Of a stretch of DNA of 64,000 bases, positions 1 through 13,800 are shown in pieces (position 1 is the stretch's first letter; every line of letters starts with the position of its first letter). The notes under the pieces were generated by a model. That model had not been told where the DNA came from. It ran no database searches and was given only the letters and a program-made list of their open reading frames with translations. The DNA lies in NCBI GenBank assembly GCA_022605425.2, contig JAKIMF020000007.1, forward strand, positions 1,302,001 through 1,366,000, written 5' to 3'. A program made the translations under genes and the position numbers. This DNA is from Hamiltosporidium tvaerminnensis FI-OER-3-3 (lineage: Eukaryota > Fungi > Microsporidia).

Positions 1-1639
1 TTTTACGACAAAGTGAAGTTACAAATTCCATTTTAAAATCTTTTGTATAAATAAATTAACAAATTTATAGAACAAATCTTTTTTTTATTTATTTTGATAG
101 CTCTAGCCTGACCTGAATCTTACTAAATCATATCTGATTCGATTTAATGACTAGAAACTTTATGAGCTATTGATTTAAAATTTAAAAAGGTTATCAGGTA
201 TATGATTTCCACAAATAAATGATTAGATTTATTCTCTAAATGAAAAATTTTTTGCAAATGCCAAAAAATCTTCCACTATACAAAACTAAAGTAAAAGTTC
301 TTTTCTATAATAGATTTTATAACTGTCAATATTGGAATTCCAGCTTTGCTTAGGTTGTAAAGTTTGAAGTAGATGTTTGCATATTTAACAGATTTATTAA
401 CATACATGATTTAGTTATATACGAAAATATGAGATTTTTTAAAGTATTTATTTTTAAAAAATTTAAGTACAGCACATATCAAGAAATGTGTTATAAGAAA
501 TTTATTCATGCTTCTATGAAAAATAAAAAGCTACTAATGAATATTGAAATAATATTTTATTTAGCAATATAACATAGATTTTTATGTTCCATATTTGCTA
601 CAAGAAAATATCATCTTTGGTAAATATAAAAAGCCTTTGGCGTATGAATCAAATTTTACACATGCTTATTTTATAAAAATGAGAGATCACATTTTAAGTA
701 GGAATGCAATAAAAAATCATCTATATTTATTCCTAAATCACTTCTCGATTTCCTTTTTTTTTATTTACGAGAAGCTTACATTTTAAGCAGCACCTTAGTT
801 TTATTTGCTAATTATTTGCTAACAGATATTTTTTATATGTTTTAGATATTTTCTTATAGAAATTTTTTTGTTCGCTTTGCGTATGAAGACAATACCAAAA
901 TAACTAATTGTTCAAGATATCTAATTCTATTTCATTTACTATGACTATCCTAAAAAGGTTCAATTGCCAATATATTTTCATTCCGAAATACAAAAAAAAT
1001 TCCGAACAACTTTACTTACATTTGACCAAATATTATCCAAAAATCTTTTTTACCTTTAATCTTTGTCATTCTTTCTGATATTAACCAAATGTTCTAGATT
1101 TTGGTCTAGTTATTCTTCTATACCTCTATTTCAAGGCTAAAAATATCGATATGCAAACAGCAATTCTGGTATTTCTATAGATACAAATAGCAAGCGCTGA
1201 AGCTGTAAGCTTTAATGCATCAAAACATTATTACCAAACTTGATATTTTTTTATTTATTATATAAGTTACTAACCAGAAATTGTTTTTTTATTCCTAAAC
1301 AATTTAAATTTTTAGACGCATAAAAATTCAATTTAAATTGCATATCCGCAAATCTAATTCAATTATAAAAGCACATAGCATTGAATAAACCAAACAAGCT
1401 AATTTAAATATTTTTATTTCTATTTGTATCGCAGAAAAAAGCAGAATCCATCAGTTTAAGATAATTTCTTTTATTCTTAAACAAAAATACGTTGTGAAAA
1501 TTCATTTTTAAATAATTCATATAATATTTCATTTTATTAACTAAAACAGACCTCGCTATATATACGTTTGTTTACAGGTAGGCATCGACTGAATTAAAAA
1601 CACAATTATTCAATAATAACATAACAAATTTTAGTTGTT

Positions 1640-2370
1640 ACTTAAATTTATGATTATACAAGTAAGATACAAATCTACAAGCGAGTTTTCGTATAACATC
1701 TATAAAAAAATATCAAAAAGAATTGTTTACCCGATAATTGGCTTAATTTGTATCCAATATTTAACCTAATACACACATTCGAGTATATTCCGCACAAAAA
1801 TATATGTTATAAAACAGAATTTGATTTTATATTGCTTTAGCTCATGTGTTGTAACCTTTAAAGAATTATCTGATATATTTTAACAACATCTAAAATTTGT
1901 TTGAGCAGGGCACAGCGTTCATTTAGTAAAAACAAATAACCGATTATCTATCTTGGTACTAATACAACAATATAACTTCGAATTTAATTTAATCCAAAGA
2001 TACAAAACACGCGAGGATTTGACTGAAGTTCGCGCATAATTAAAAGGTATGCAAATTTCAGAATTCACGGCTTAAATAGCAAAGCACTTTGTTTTTTTCC
2101 TGCCATTCACAATGGCAACATACATTAGTTAATTAAGCATATAAGACAAAATCAAAAGGTTCTTAATACAGTCGTACACTACTATGCTTTTACCACGAGC
2201 CATCTATTTATATTATCAAAGCTCTTTGTTAAACATAAAGAAAGCGAGTTCGAGTTCAGTCTATTTAGTTAATTACATAAATATTGCATTTTAAAAAAAC
2301 ATATTACGCGTTGAACATTTGAATTAAGGCAAAACTGCTATGTTCGAGCAAAACCTATGCCAGATACTAC
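1640..2370 (-). pseudogene. Highly decayed non-LTR reverse transcriptase relic
   Basis: Minus-strand peptide scraps in RT motif order: LTKSFDNINRW (2200-2232, cf. DxxKAFDxVxR), LNERCALL (1903-1926, cf. LRQGCxLS), FCAEY (1785-1799, cf. YADD). Many stops and frameshifts. Confidence 0.35.
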
Positions 2371-5300
2371 TAATATGTCTGCTTAGCATAATATGCCAAA
2401 CCTTTTTTTTTCATAATCGTATTTTATTCATTAAGCAATAACTAGACTGATTTCGTAGATAATTAAGTACAGCTAAAATCGTCAAATGACTAAGCCATAA
2501 TCCAATAAAAGATCTACAAAATGTCTAATTTTAATTCATTTTGGTTTATGATTGCTTAGAATATGATAATACTTTGAATGCACATTTTTTGTTCGAGGAT
2601 AGAGCTTTTTTTTCAAAATTAATTAAAGAATATATTTCGATTGAAAGAAAAATTATAAGCTTTAGAAGCAGTTAATGTGAAGATTACACTAAAAATTAGC
2701 CTCGAGCAAAACAGAGCATTTAAATCGAAATATTGTAACTAAGATATCCACAATTACACATACAAAAATACCATCTATAAAATTATATATTCGTCTAATA
2801 ATATTTTCTTTGTTTGAATTTTCGTCAGAGAGTAAAGTAATTCATTGAATAGAATCATTTAAATGCTTAATGTTCTTCTTTGGAATGCATTTTAATAATA
2901 ACCAAGAATTATGCACATATTGTATATAAATTAGAAGAAGTAAAACAACCCAGAATAAAATGTTTAGTTTTGTTTATTTTATGCTTTAATTTGCATACAG
3001 CATTGATTCTATTTGTTACATATAGAATTTAGTTCTTATTCGTAAAAAAATATGATGTGTAAGACGAAAAGTGGGGAAAGAAAGTGTATATTTATATAAC
3101 TGTCATTATATCAAGAAACAGTTTAGAAGAAGATTAATGTATAATATTTCCCGGAATTACTTATGTTTTGATAAAAATATTGCCAACAAAAACAAAACTT
3201 TGCGCTTAGACTTTTAACTTTTCTCGATTTCTAACTTTTAATATTTTTACTGGTAAAAGAATTTCGGACTTTTTATCAATTGAAAAAGCTAGGCTGCTAT
3301 ATTAGAATAGACAATTACAATTGATGAGATATAATCTTGCTCATATTAAAAAGATTCTCTAAAAATTCAACATGAGCTTCAAGATATTTTATTAAAACAA
3401 TTAAATTTGAAATAATTATGTAAATCTTACATACAAACCATAAAGTTAATACCAACTTAGAACGCTATTCCATACACTATGCGCTAGTTTTTGTGCAATG
3501 GTGTCTTCTTGTGGCCTAATTCATAGCTATCATTTGTTCGTAATATTATTTTAGAAATTATATACATTTTGCGTTTCACTTTTCATCAAATTGCATAAAT
3601 TTAAGAAGATAGAAAAAAAGAATACTAGTTTGGGTTTCACACGAAAAAATATTTACGGTTAAATTGATGCTAGTTTGGAAATAAAGTTTCAAAACGCATG
3701 CTGAGAATATTTAATAAACAGCAAAGGATATATCAAGGTGTTTAAAACATCACAGAACTTAAATATAAAGACATAAGAAGCGTGCTATGCGTGTCTATTA
3801 TTCCGGCAACAATGACGTAAAGATAAAAGGCTAGAACCGAAACTGCGATCTAATAGGAATTTTATGCATATATTTAAAGGCAATGTATATCTGCGCATTT
3901 TAAGAGCATCATAATTCTTTGCTTAGTAACTAATTTATAAGATCTATATTGTTTCTTTAAATTATCTTTGCTTCTATGCCAAAGATTCTTTTGCAAATAC
4001 AAATATTAGTATTTTTTAACACGATTTTAGAATTTATCTGTCCCATATATTGCATAGCACATTTTGATTTTGTCGAAAGTTGCTTAAGCTATTATAATAA
4101 TCTTAAAAGCGTACAACACACCCTTTTTAAACTGCGATTCTTACTTGCAAATTGTCTCCTCAAAGGTAACCAAGAGAAACCCTAGTAAATGTATATAATT
4201 TACAGATTTATTCCTTTATTCACGTAAATTCACAGAAGCTAATAGCAATTGTAGTTATCGAATTTAAAAAGTATTCTCAGTGTTGCAATAAATAAAGAAC
4301 ATTGCCCGATATATTGGATTCAACGTATAAACTAATAATCTTGGCCTTAAAATTTGCAGGGTGCAGAATAGATCTAAAATCGAATAAGCATATTCAGCTA
4401 ATACACTCGAGAATATTTCATAATTTAAAAATAATTACTCAATAAAGTCTAGGTTGTATATGAAAAAGTATCTGGTAAACATTTCGAACTGTAGATGATA
4501 TTTTTTAGACCTAGCGAAGATATATAATTTAAGACTTGTCACAACATTTTTCTTTAAATTTTTTCTCTATGATCTTAAGATTGAAGTATCGAAAATGAAT
4601 GAAAAGTAAACATCTTTTTAAACTGTAATCTTGGATCTTGTAGTCTATCTAAGCAGAATCTAATATTAAGAACAAAAAGAAAATCGTAAATTGCAGTTTT
4701 TATGAGAAACCTTAAGGTCTTTTTAAGAAATAGAAGTTAAATCCTATACTATGATTTATGCAGGATATAATGTTTTACAAAAGGTGTGGTAACAGTATTT
4801 TAATGAAATAGCTTTTTTAACAAGATTATGAACAATTGGAAATTTATATCAAGTTTTTCTGTTGATATCTTCGAAGGCTACTTTCAATGTTTTTACATTT
4901 TTCACATATAATTTTATATTTTGCGTATATTCTCATATCAGCTATAATTCGTAACCAGGAACACGATAAGAAAGTAAGAAATAAGACAATGAGAAGAACT
5001 ACAGGTTTTTTTTCAAGAATAATGAATATGTCTATGACTTAGAGAAGAATATTTTTTGGCTGAAGAAGTTATCGCTGGATAAATAGAGCATATAATTTAC
5101 AAAAAGCAAAATAATTTTATCATTTCCACATTGATAATTTATCAAATATACACAAGTAATATAGACATATTTTATTTTCTTAATAAAATATAGTAAACAG
5201 GTACAAATCTGATAATTTAATTGTGTAATTAAGAATCAAATATTTGAAATCATATACTTATGGATGCAAAAAATCTGTGTAAGTATAGTTTCTTCATAAA

Positions 5301-8300
5301 TTAAGTACTAAATAAATATACTTGTTTTTCACCAAGTAAAATTTGCGTGTGTTATTATATATATTCAAGGTTTAATTTGCTTTTTAAACATATTCTATCT
5401 AAATATAAAATCTTATTTGCATGCAAATCACATATATAACAACTGTATCGCAGAGACTACATGAAGATTAATTTAAAAGAAAAAAATTTTAAATTTGTAA
5501 TAGATTTAATGTTTTTGACTTATTATAAAATATAATAAGCTTTTATGATAAATTTGTACGCTAAATTAGTATATACAAATTTTATATTTATAATAACATT
5601 TGTAATAAACGGTTTTTCGAACAAGAAATACAAGGATATTAAAATAAAAAAAGATGTATTTTTAAATTTACACTTAAATGTAAAAACTGGAATATTTTTT
5701 CTTTTCATAAGAATATTATTGAAAAGTAAAAATTTAATTGATTCCATCGTATTAAATGATTCATAGCCAACTTCATAATACCTATAGGATTTGTATTTGT
5801 AATATACAATAATATTTTAATTTTGTCATATTGTTATTGCAGTAAGTTGGACTAATTAAAATATGAATATTTCATTTGCCGCACAAGTGATAGTTACGCC
5901 TATTTTTTGACTTCGATAAATTCCGAATTGAAATTGAAAGTTCATTGTTTAAATGAGAAAACTCAATTTGTTGTTATATTGCAAATAAAACATTGGATAA
6001 GAATTAATTTACTCTATTTAAATCATAATTTTCAAATAACTTTGATAATTTATATTCTCTAAGTATGTTAATTACAGCTTTTCTATGCTAAGAATTTTTT
6101 TCTTTCACAGTTTTAAAAACTTTTAGATATGTGACATAAAAAGTTTCAAAATATTAATTATACGATCAAATATTAAGTAAAGAAGAAGTAGTTATGTTTA
6201 TTCGAGAGAAATATATGATATATAAGCCCAGGTGCAATAAAATTTGATTGTTCTAGGTGAAATTACAGAAAGGTGATATTTCCTAATATTATAATATTTA
6301 AAATACTTTGTTTTGTACTTAAACTTTACTGTTTGAATTTCGTTGTTCGCAGAGAGATTGAAGACCGAATATTTGCATGAAAAAACCAAGTGCCTATGTT
6401 ACTCAAGAATTGCTTATTTAACATAGCTATGGTATGAAAAAGATGAAGAATTTTATCTTATTAAGGTGAAATTTTTACTATTTAAAACAATGCATCTTAT
6501 GACGTTTTTATAACATGACTATATTAGAGTGTTACAAATTTAAAAAATTATATTTTTAACAAACAAAAGAGTTATACGAATCCGAACCAGAAAATTATAA
6601 TCGATTTATACAATTAAAAATATTCCAAATATAAAACTTCTTTACAAGAGTAAATATAAATAAATACATGTTATAATTTGCTAGAATTTTTTATAATTGT
6701 ACGGTCGCTGCGAATGTAATTATTTTTCATTTCTTTCTGTGGTCAAAATAAATTCAAATCAATAAATCTGGATTACAAGTGTCATATTCCATATTTAGTT
6801 TATAATTTGAGCTTTTTTAAGGCTAAAAATAAATAACGACCTAATATAACAAATATATAACCTCTTGTTTTTAATCCAAAACTTTGGTAGTTAATAAATT
6901 GTTTTTTGTATACAAGTTGGTCTTGCAAAAATCATATTAAAAAATCTTATGCGCATAAGTTAATTTCGAATGAATCACAACATGAAATATTTGTCTCTGT
7001 AAGTTTTAAAAAATTTAATAGTATTCTTTATAACATATGTCCCATCTATGACAAATAATTTAATTATTGGGGGAGGTTGCATGGACAAAACCTCACGTGT
7101 TAGACAAATCGATATATGTTAACGCTTTAAAAACCACTCTTTGCAAAAAAAGTGCCAAATTAAACGCCTTATCGTATATTGTGGCTTTTCTGTGCGAGAT
7201 TTGTTTTATATGAATGTTGGGTTTTAAATAAAAAGTGAATTAGACTTAATTTTTTTTTTATAAAAATGATGAGACTAGTGTTTAACAAACCTTAATTCAA
7301 CCCTATAAATACTTGGTTCTTTAGATCTAAGCCAGAATATAAATGATTCTTTTGGGCTATATTTACTATCGCCGCATCTAATATCGAATAAAATATTTTC
7401 ATGAGAAACCCGTTGAATTAAAAAAACGAAATTTCGATTGAATAAAATTGCATTTTTATACATATTTGCATCATATTTCATCTCTAAATGGCCATGACTT
7501 TTCTTTGTTCGGTAATAAACTTCATCCTTTGTAGGTCCAGTTTATGCCGTAAAAGACATGTTTATAATGTTTATTATTTACGGAATTTTTTTTTGACTAC
7601 CAATTCATTTTGTTATACAAAAAAATATACTACTAAACATACTTTTAGATTATCTTCAGAATATAAGCTTTTTATATCGCCAAAACGCAATTAAGTCGAA
7701 ATGATAAACCTATCGATCTAAAATATAGCAGCAATTATGTGTGCCAAAAATTAAGTAATGTTTAAAAAGTTGTAGACTAACCGTTATACTGCGCCAAAAA
7801 CATATGTGAAAAACAAAAAATAATGTTGTAGACAGCAATTCTTTGGTAAGTTGTATTTTGAGGTCGATAAAACCATAATTTCAATATACTTTTGCGTCTT
7901 AAGCCGAATTATTTTAGATTTGATTGACAATATTGTGCTGGTTCTATACATCTTATGTAATTTTAGTTACATCTTTCTTCAACCGGATTAATTAGCTTAA
8001 AAATAAATATCACATTCATTTAATAGATCAACAGATTGATCTAATAGCGCCTTGTGATGCTATTTCCAAATTATGAGAAATGTCTTAATTACATATACCT
8101 TAATTCTATTTCTTTAGCCCGGAAAACAATTTCTCTCTACTATTTAATATTATACTTATGAAACATAAAATATTTGCAATTATCCTAATATAACAAGATA
8201 TTAATAGATTTTTTCGTTTTAAATATTTTAAAGTAACCTATTCTTGTATATTTAAAGAAAATTTAGAATAGTCTAAAAAGGAATGACGTTATTTAAAAAC

Positions 8301-11300
8301 AGTAAATAAGCCACAACAAATTCAATTTATATTACAAAATATTGTGTAAACACGCCTTGCATTTTAAATATACACACCGAGCTAGTTTAAATATACTTAA
8401 AAATAAGTATTTACTTAAATACTCAGAATAGTGTTGATTATGGTTATATCATTCAAATCAATCTTATTTAAATGAAGGCTATGTAAAATCCTGCAAAATT
8501 CCGAAATAGAAATTATTAAAATTACCAAAAATATATATATTTAATTTAAATAATCTCAATCAAAAGAAGCCATCTAATATCTTTTTCAGCATATATTATA
8601 AAACAACCTGAAAATAAAGATTTTGTTAACATAAGGAATTTTATAAATTCATGCAGTTTAGAAAATTGCATGATTATTCAGTTATATTTGAAATTACAAA
8701 AAACAAATATTATGACATTTCTATCTCAGTCCTATGATAAAAATACAAAATAAACTATAATGAGAAAAATTATCTAAAAATTTCAAACTCTTATACAACT
8801 TTAAACCTTTTCCTCGATAAATCAAATTTAATATTTTTCTCGGATAAATTCTAGTACTATAAAACTTATTTCAAAACTAAGGATATCATTCTTCAACAGA
8901 CTTCATAAAATTCATATTCTGTTATAATATAAATTCAAGGCAAAGGTCTACAGAAAAAAGCAAGTTTACCAGTAAACAGATTTGCAATGCACAAGCATAG
9001 AGTCAGATTATAGCATACAACTATTGATTTTTTTATTTTAGTTTCAAACAATTTATCTCACTTTGTAAAAACCTACATATAATTGTGAAATATACTAGTT
9101 CCTATAAACACATTTGTATTATAGAGACATCTGCCTAATCTTGTTTGAATCTTAAAATGTATCAAATAGTTTGTCAAAAACTCTATTCGATTCTCGACGG
9201 GCTTATAACCTAAATTTCATTCTCTAGAAAAATTCAGCAGTTGTATAATATTAACAAAAGTTTTTTCATAGATAAATGTAACAAGTTTCTGGGGATAGTA
9301 AATTGAACAATTTGCATTAATATTTTTAAACGTAATTATATAAAGAAAAAAAACTTATTAAGATCCACTAAAATAAAACAAATTGTACAACAATCGCTTT
9401 CTTACGTTTGATAATTGAAAACATCTTTCGTTTACTTCACGAATTTCTATTTCTTAAAAAAAGATATTTCCTTAGTAAGTTATCGAATTTTCTTTCAAGC
9501 ATTTTATATTCTGAATGTAGATTCAAAACAGTTAGATATTCCCCCCATCCCATGATGTAAACTTATCTCAAATGTTTTTGAATTAAATTATATCTACTAA
9601 TAGCTCGTTTACAAGAAGTACTTGTTTGTTTTTCTAAGTATGTCGAATTTATTTCTTTTCCCAGAATATTCTAGTGCAAAATCTTCGCTCGTTAAATTAA
9701 TTGGTTAAGATATACTTGTGAATTTTTGGTTTATGTAGATATAGAAAAAACTAGGACTTCAAATTGTTTAGGATACTTAGGAGCTATTTATAATCTGGAA
9801 ATTGGTTTGTAAATTAGTGAAGTAAAAACAAAAAAGCCATATTATATCATATCAAAAATTAACTTTACTGTTTGTAAGTTTTCGAACACTTTTTCGTTTT
9901 ATAGAGCTTTAGAAATATGTCGAAGTAAATTTTGTTTTGAAACGATAATACATTATGGCTATTGTGTAATGAAAAAATTCATAGAAGAATGCAATATTCT
10001 AGATGATATAAATAATCAGAATTTATTTAAGAATTAAGTAAAACGATTAGAGGTTTTGTAATTAGAACAAAAGTACAATAGCAAAATTGTATTCCTTAAA
10101 AACATTTTTTTGATAATTATTTTTACAGTTGATGTATAATTTGGGATTGATTTAGATATAATATTTTTTCGTATTATTCGTAAAAACTAAAAACTCATAT
10201 ATTGTAAGTTTCGAAAATCAAGATTTTTTTCCATAAATTAAACTATGAGCATACAACTAATAAAAATATTATATTCTGCTTCATGGCTCTCAATTACCTT
10301 ACAATTGTTTAAATTTGATTTATTTGTATTCTTTATATGCATAAGATCAGGTGTGGGCTTTTACAAAAAATAAAACATACTCATATATCCATTAATTGGC
10401 AAAAGTTTGTTTTTTAAACAATACGATAGATACCATTTCCTTATATCCCGAGTTGTTCCTAGAATATTTGAATTAAGATGTTTATACTTAAGCATCTTGA
10501 TGAGTCGAATAAATTAATTTTCTATGTTCCGCCACAGCCTCCAAATATTTTGTCCGTATAAAAATATCTGAACTTTTACAGTAAAATGGCTTAGATTAAT
10601 TCATTCGTACCATGATGCAAATCAGACCACAATTGAGTTCAATATCTTTATAGGATACCACAAAGGAAAAAATGCCTAAGTCTAGTGAATAAACCGAGTC
10701 AAATTCCCTTAAAATTAAAACCAGAATACTTAAATAAATTTAGCAAACGGTCACTTAAAAGAATAAAATTATGAAATTGGAGCTTTAAACATGTCAAAAA
10801 GTAAAAAGAATATATGTATCGAAATGTCAGAAACCGAGGTTTAATCTTGATCTTTATTCATTATTTTATTTTGACCATGACATTATGTATAGCAATTCAT
10901 AAAAAAAGTTTTTTCTAAAAAATTATTATAGAAAATTTTAAACAGATTTGTTGCATTCAGCTAAATTCGAATTTTTTAAAATTTATCAAATAAAATTCAA
11001 ACCTTATACCTATAGTGATAAATCACATATATACCTTTTCACCTTAGTTTTTTGCAGCTCGCTAACTATTTTTAGCCGTGCATTGAGTTTCTAGCACAGA
11101 ACATTAAATTTTTGAGAATAGAAGTAAGTATTAACTTAAGAGTTAATCCACTTGTACATTAAATTTGTTTTAAAACATAATCCAAATATGGTTTCTAAAA
11201 ATTGACTTTAATATAGCCTTTTTTAGTACGTATAGTAGAATGATGTGGTAAACATATTCGTCGAATAAAAATGATATCGATATTCTTTTGTATATTGTAC

Positions 11301-13369
11301 AATATAAGAAATTTTAGGGTTGCTTGGATCCTTATATTCTGTTTTTCTTCTATTTTTTTAATTGTTTTATATGTCTTAAGTACTTTGCCAGATATTATAG
11401 AATTATTTAACAGAAGAGATACATTTTGCGATATAAGACTTTACTAAACTCCAATATTCCCTATGCCTTTAATGTTAAGAATTGTTGCTTTGTTAATATT
11501 GATTTTTCTATGGTTCTAAAATTTACTATGTTACATATTCTTTTCTATTTCTACTTTTTTATTGCTATTAATCTTAAATCAATAGATATTTTTTATTTTA
11601 TTTTATATTTTGCAAGTAAAGTACAGCGTGTTCAAATATAGATGAAAAAAATGAAATGGAATCAATTTACGTATAGATATCCATTCTAACATAAAAGCTG
11701 TAATTTCGTTGTAGATTTTATCGAAAATCTATTACGTATATCTAGAAAAAGCTACTGAATTTAGCAGCAAAAACAATTTTTACTTCTCTAAATTATTGCC
11801 TTTTTCAAATTGATCGCACTGTTCGATGCTAACAAAGCATTCAATCAGTAGGACTTAGAAGTTAAATTTCTCTTGGTTAGAATACATAAATTATATTTTC
11901 GATCCCTTGGAAATTTATGACAAGATAAAAAGTGAAGATTTATTCTTGTTACAAATATGTTTATGAAATATAAAATCTTAATTGTTAGTAAAAGAATATT
12001 TTCTAATCTGTCTCAAAACATAAAATTAGAGTGGACTAGGCTTTGATAATCGAAAATATTTTACCAAATTTTATAAAACCTTGCAAAGTACGTCGATAAT
12101 GTTAGCGTGCACATAAATATACGTATTAAATTCCATGGGGCGCGAAAAGCAATAACATGATTACATAATTTTACAATTTACATAACACCATTCACCTTTG
12201 GCAGACTAAGCAAACGAAATAAATTAACTATACTTTTCTATGCCAAGAATCTGAATTTAAAAACAACAACGAAAAAAAAACTTAATAAAATGCTGTTCTA
12301 TGATAAATTTTTGTATTATAATCAAAATTTATACCTTTCCTTGCCGCTCGAGTTCATTGTTAATAACTTAATAAGAAAACAAAATTGTTCCTTATTTACA
12401 AACATATTAAAGTTAGGTTACATTCACTCTTTTGTCTTCCGAGAAACGCATATCAAAACGTAGTATATTAAGAATTGTTTATATTTATAGCCTCTGCTAT
12501 TTAGAAAAAGACACAAATGTAAAATACACTCCTATTTTAATAGAGCTGATAGGAAATTAAAACAAAATTTTACTGCCAAAAAAATATACTTTTTATGAAC
12601 TTTTCAAATTTTCTCGTTTGAAACTTTCCTTATAGACTGCCAAAATTATCCCTAAAAAATATAATTTGCAGTTTGATACTTGTATGTTGTCCAGACAAGA
12701 ACGTATTACTCGTTTTATCACCAAGCTTTGGTTTATGCATATAAATTAGCGGGCTTTAAGCAGCTCGAAACAAAATTTATTCTTTAGAATAAAGGTTTCC
12801 TCTAGATGAATTTTTTTTAGATAAACCTGAAATTAAAATTTTCAAGGAATTTGCGCTAATAAGTAATATAACGAAACAATAATTTCTAGAATAAAAAATA
12901 ATGGTAGAGGGATTTAAACTAAGAATAGGCTAGTTTTTTTTACAAATAAGACATTTCATTGACCTAGATTATATAATATAACATAAGTTTTTATCTAAGA
13001 ATAACCTATAATAGGTTGAATTTTAAATTTTAAACACTTTTACAAACTTGTCTTTTCGATCATTTTGCCAAAATAGAAATATGGAAACATTATAATATAT
13101 ATTATATAAAAATTAAGCCTTTAATTCGTTCTAAGAAATTGAATAAAAATAAGAATCGATTTTTTTAATAATAAAAACAAAAAAGAAATATTTATATCCT
13201 AATTAATATACTCCATTTCTATCAAAAAAGCATGCGTAGATTACTTACAAAATAAAAGAACTATATATTAAATTAAGATAATTTCTCTTCTGTTCTTTGC
13301 GGAGCCTCTAAAATTCTTACATTATAGAGCTTTACATCTAAATCGGTAAAAACGCATTTAAAAATGTGA

Positions 13370-13800
13370 AACGTGGCACGCCTGTTTTTTCATGTTGGCT
13401 AACCTATAATTGCGTCGAAACGACATTTCAACTCTTCTTAAGCCAAAAACAATTCTGGAAACTCTACACTATCCTAAACAAATTCACATACAGCTGTTTT
13501 ATATCTAAGTTTTTTTATTATTTAGTTGTGCACTATAGTGCCATATTAACCAGTACAATTTTCTATTTAGAATTCCCGAGTTTTTAATTAGTATGTTTTT
13601 TTTCGCGGTATAAAGAATAACTACTTAATAAACTATCTGGGATGCAACGGATGTGGGTATTGACATTAAACTGCAATTCTTCAATTTGAAATATAAACCA
13701 CATTTGCTCTATAGGCCAATCCGCTTTGATCCCTAGTCCACAGCAGATTAAATAAAGCAATAGGGAAATTTCCAGTTTTCTTTCGACATCGAGCGGTAAA
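13370..13800 (-). pseudogene. Decayed non-LTR reverse transcriptase relic
   Basis: YRSMS (13784-13798, cf. YRPIS) and KTGVP (13374-13388, cf. GVPQG) lie on the minus strand about 400 nt apart, the spacing expected in LINE RT. The frame between them is broken. Confidence 0.4.
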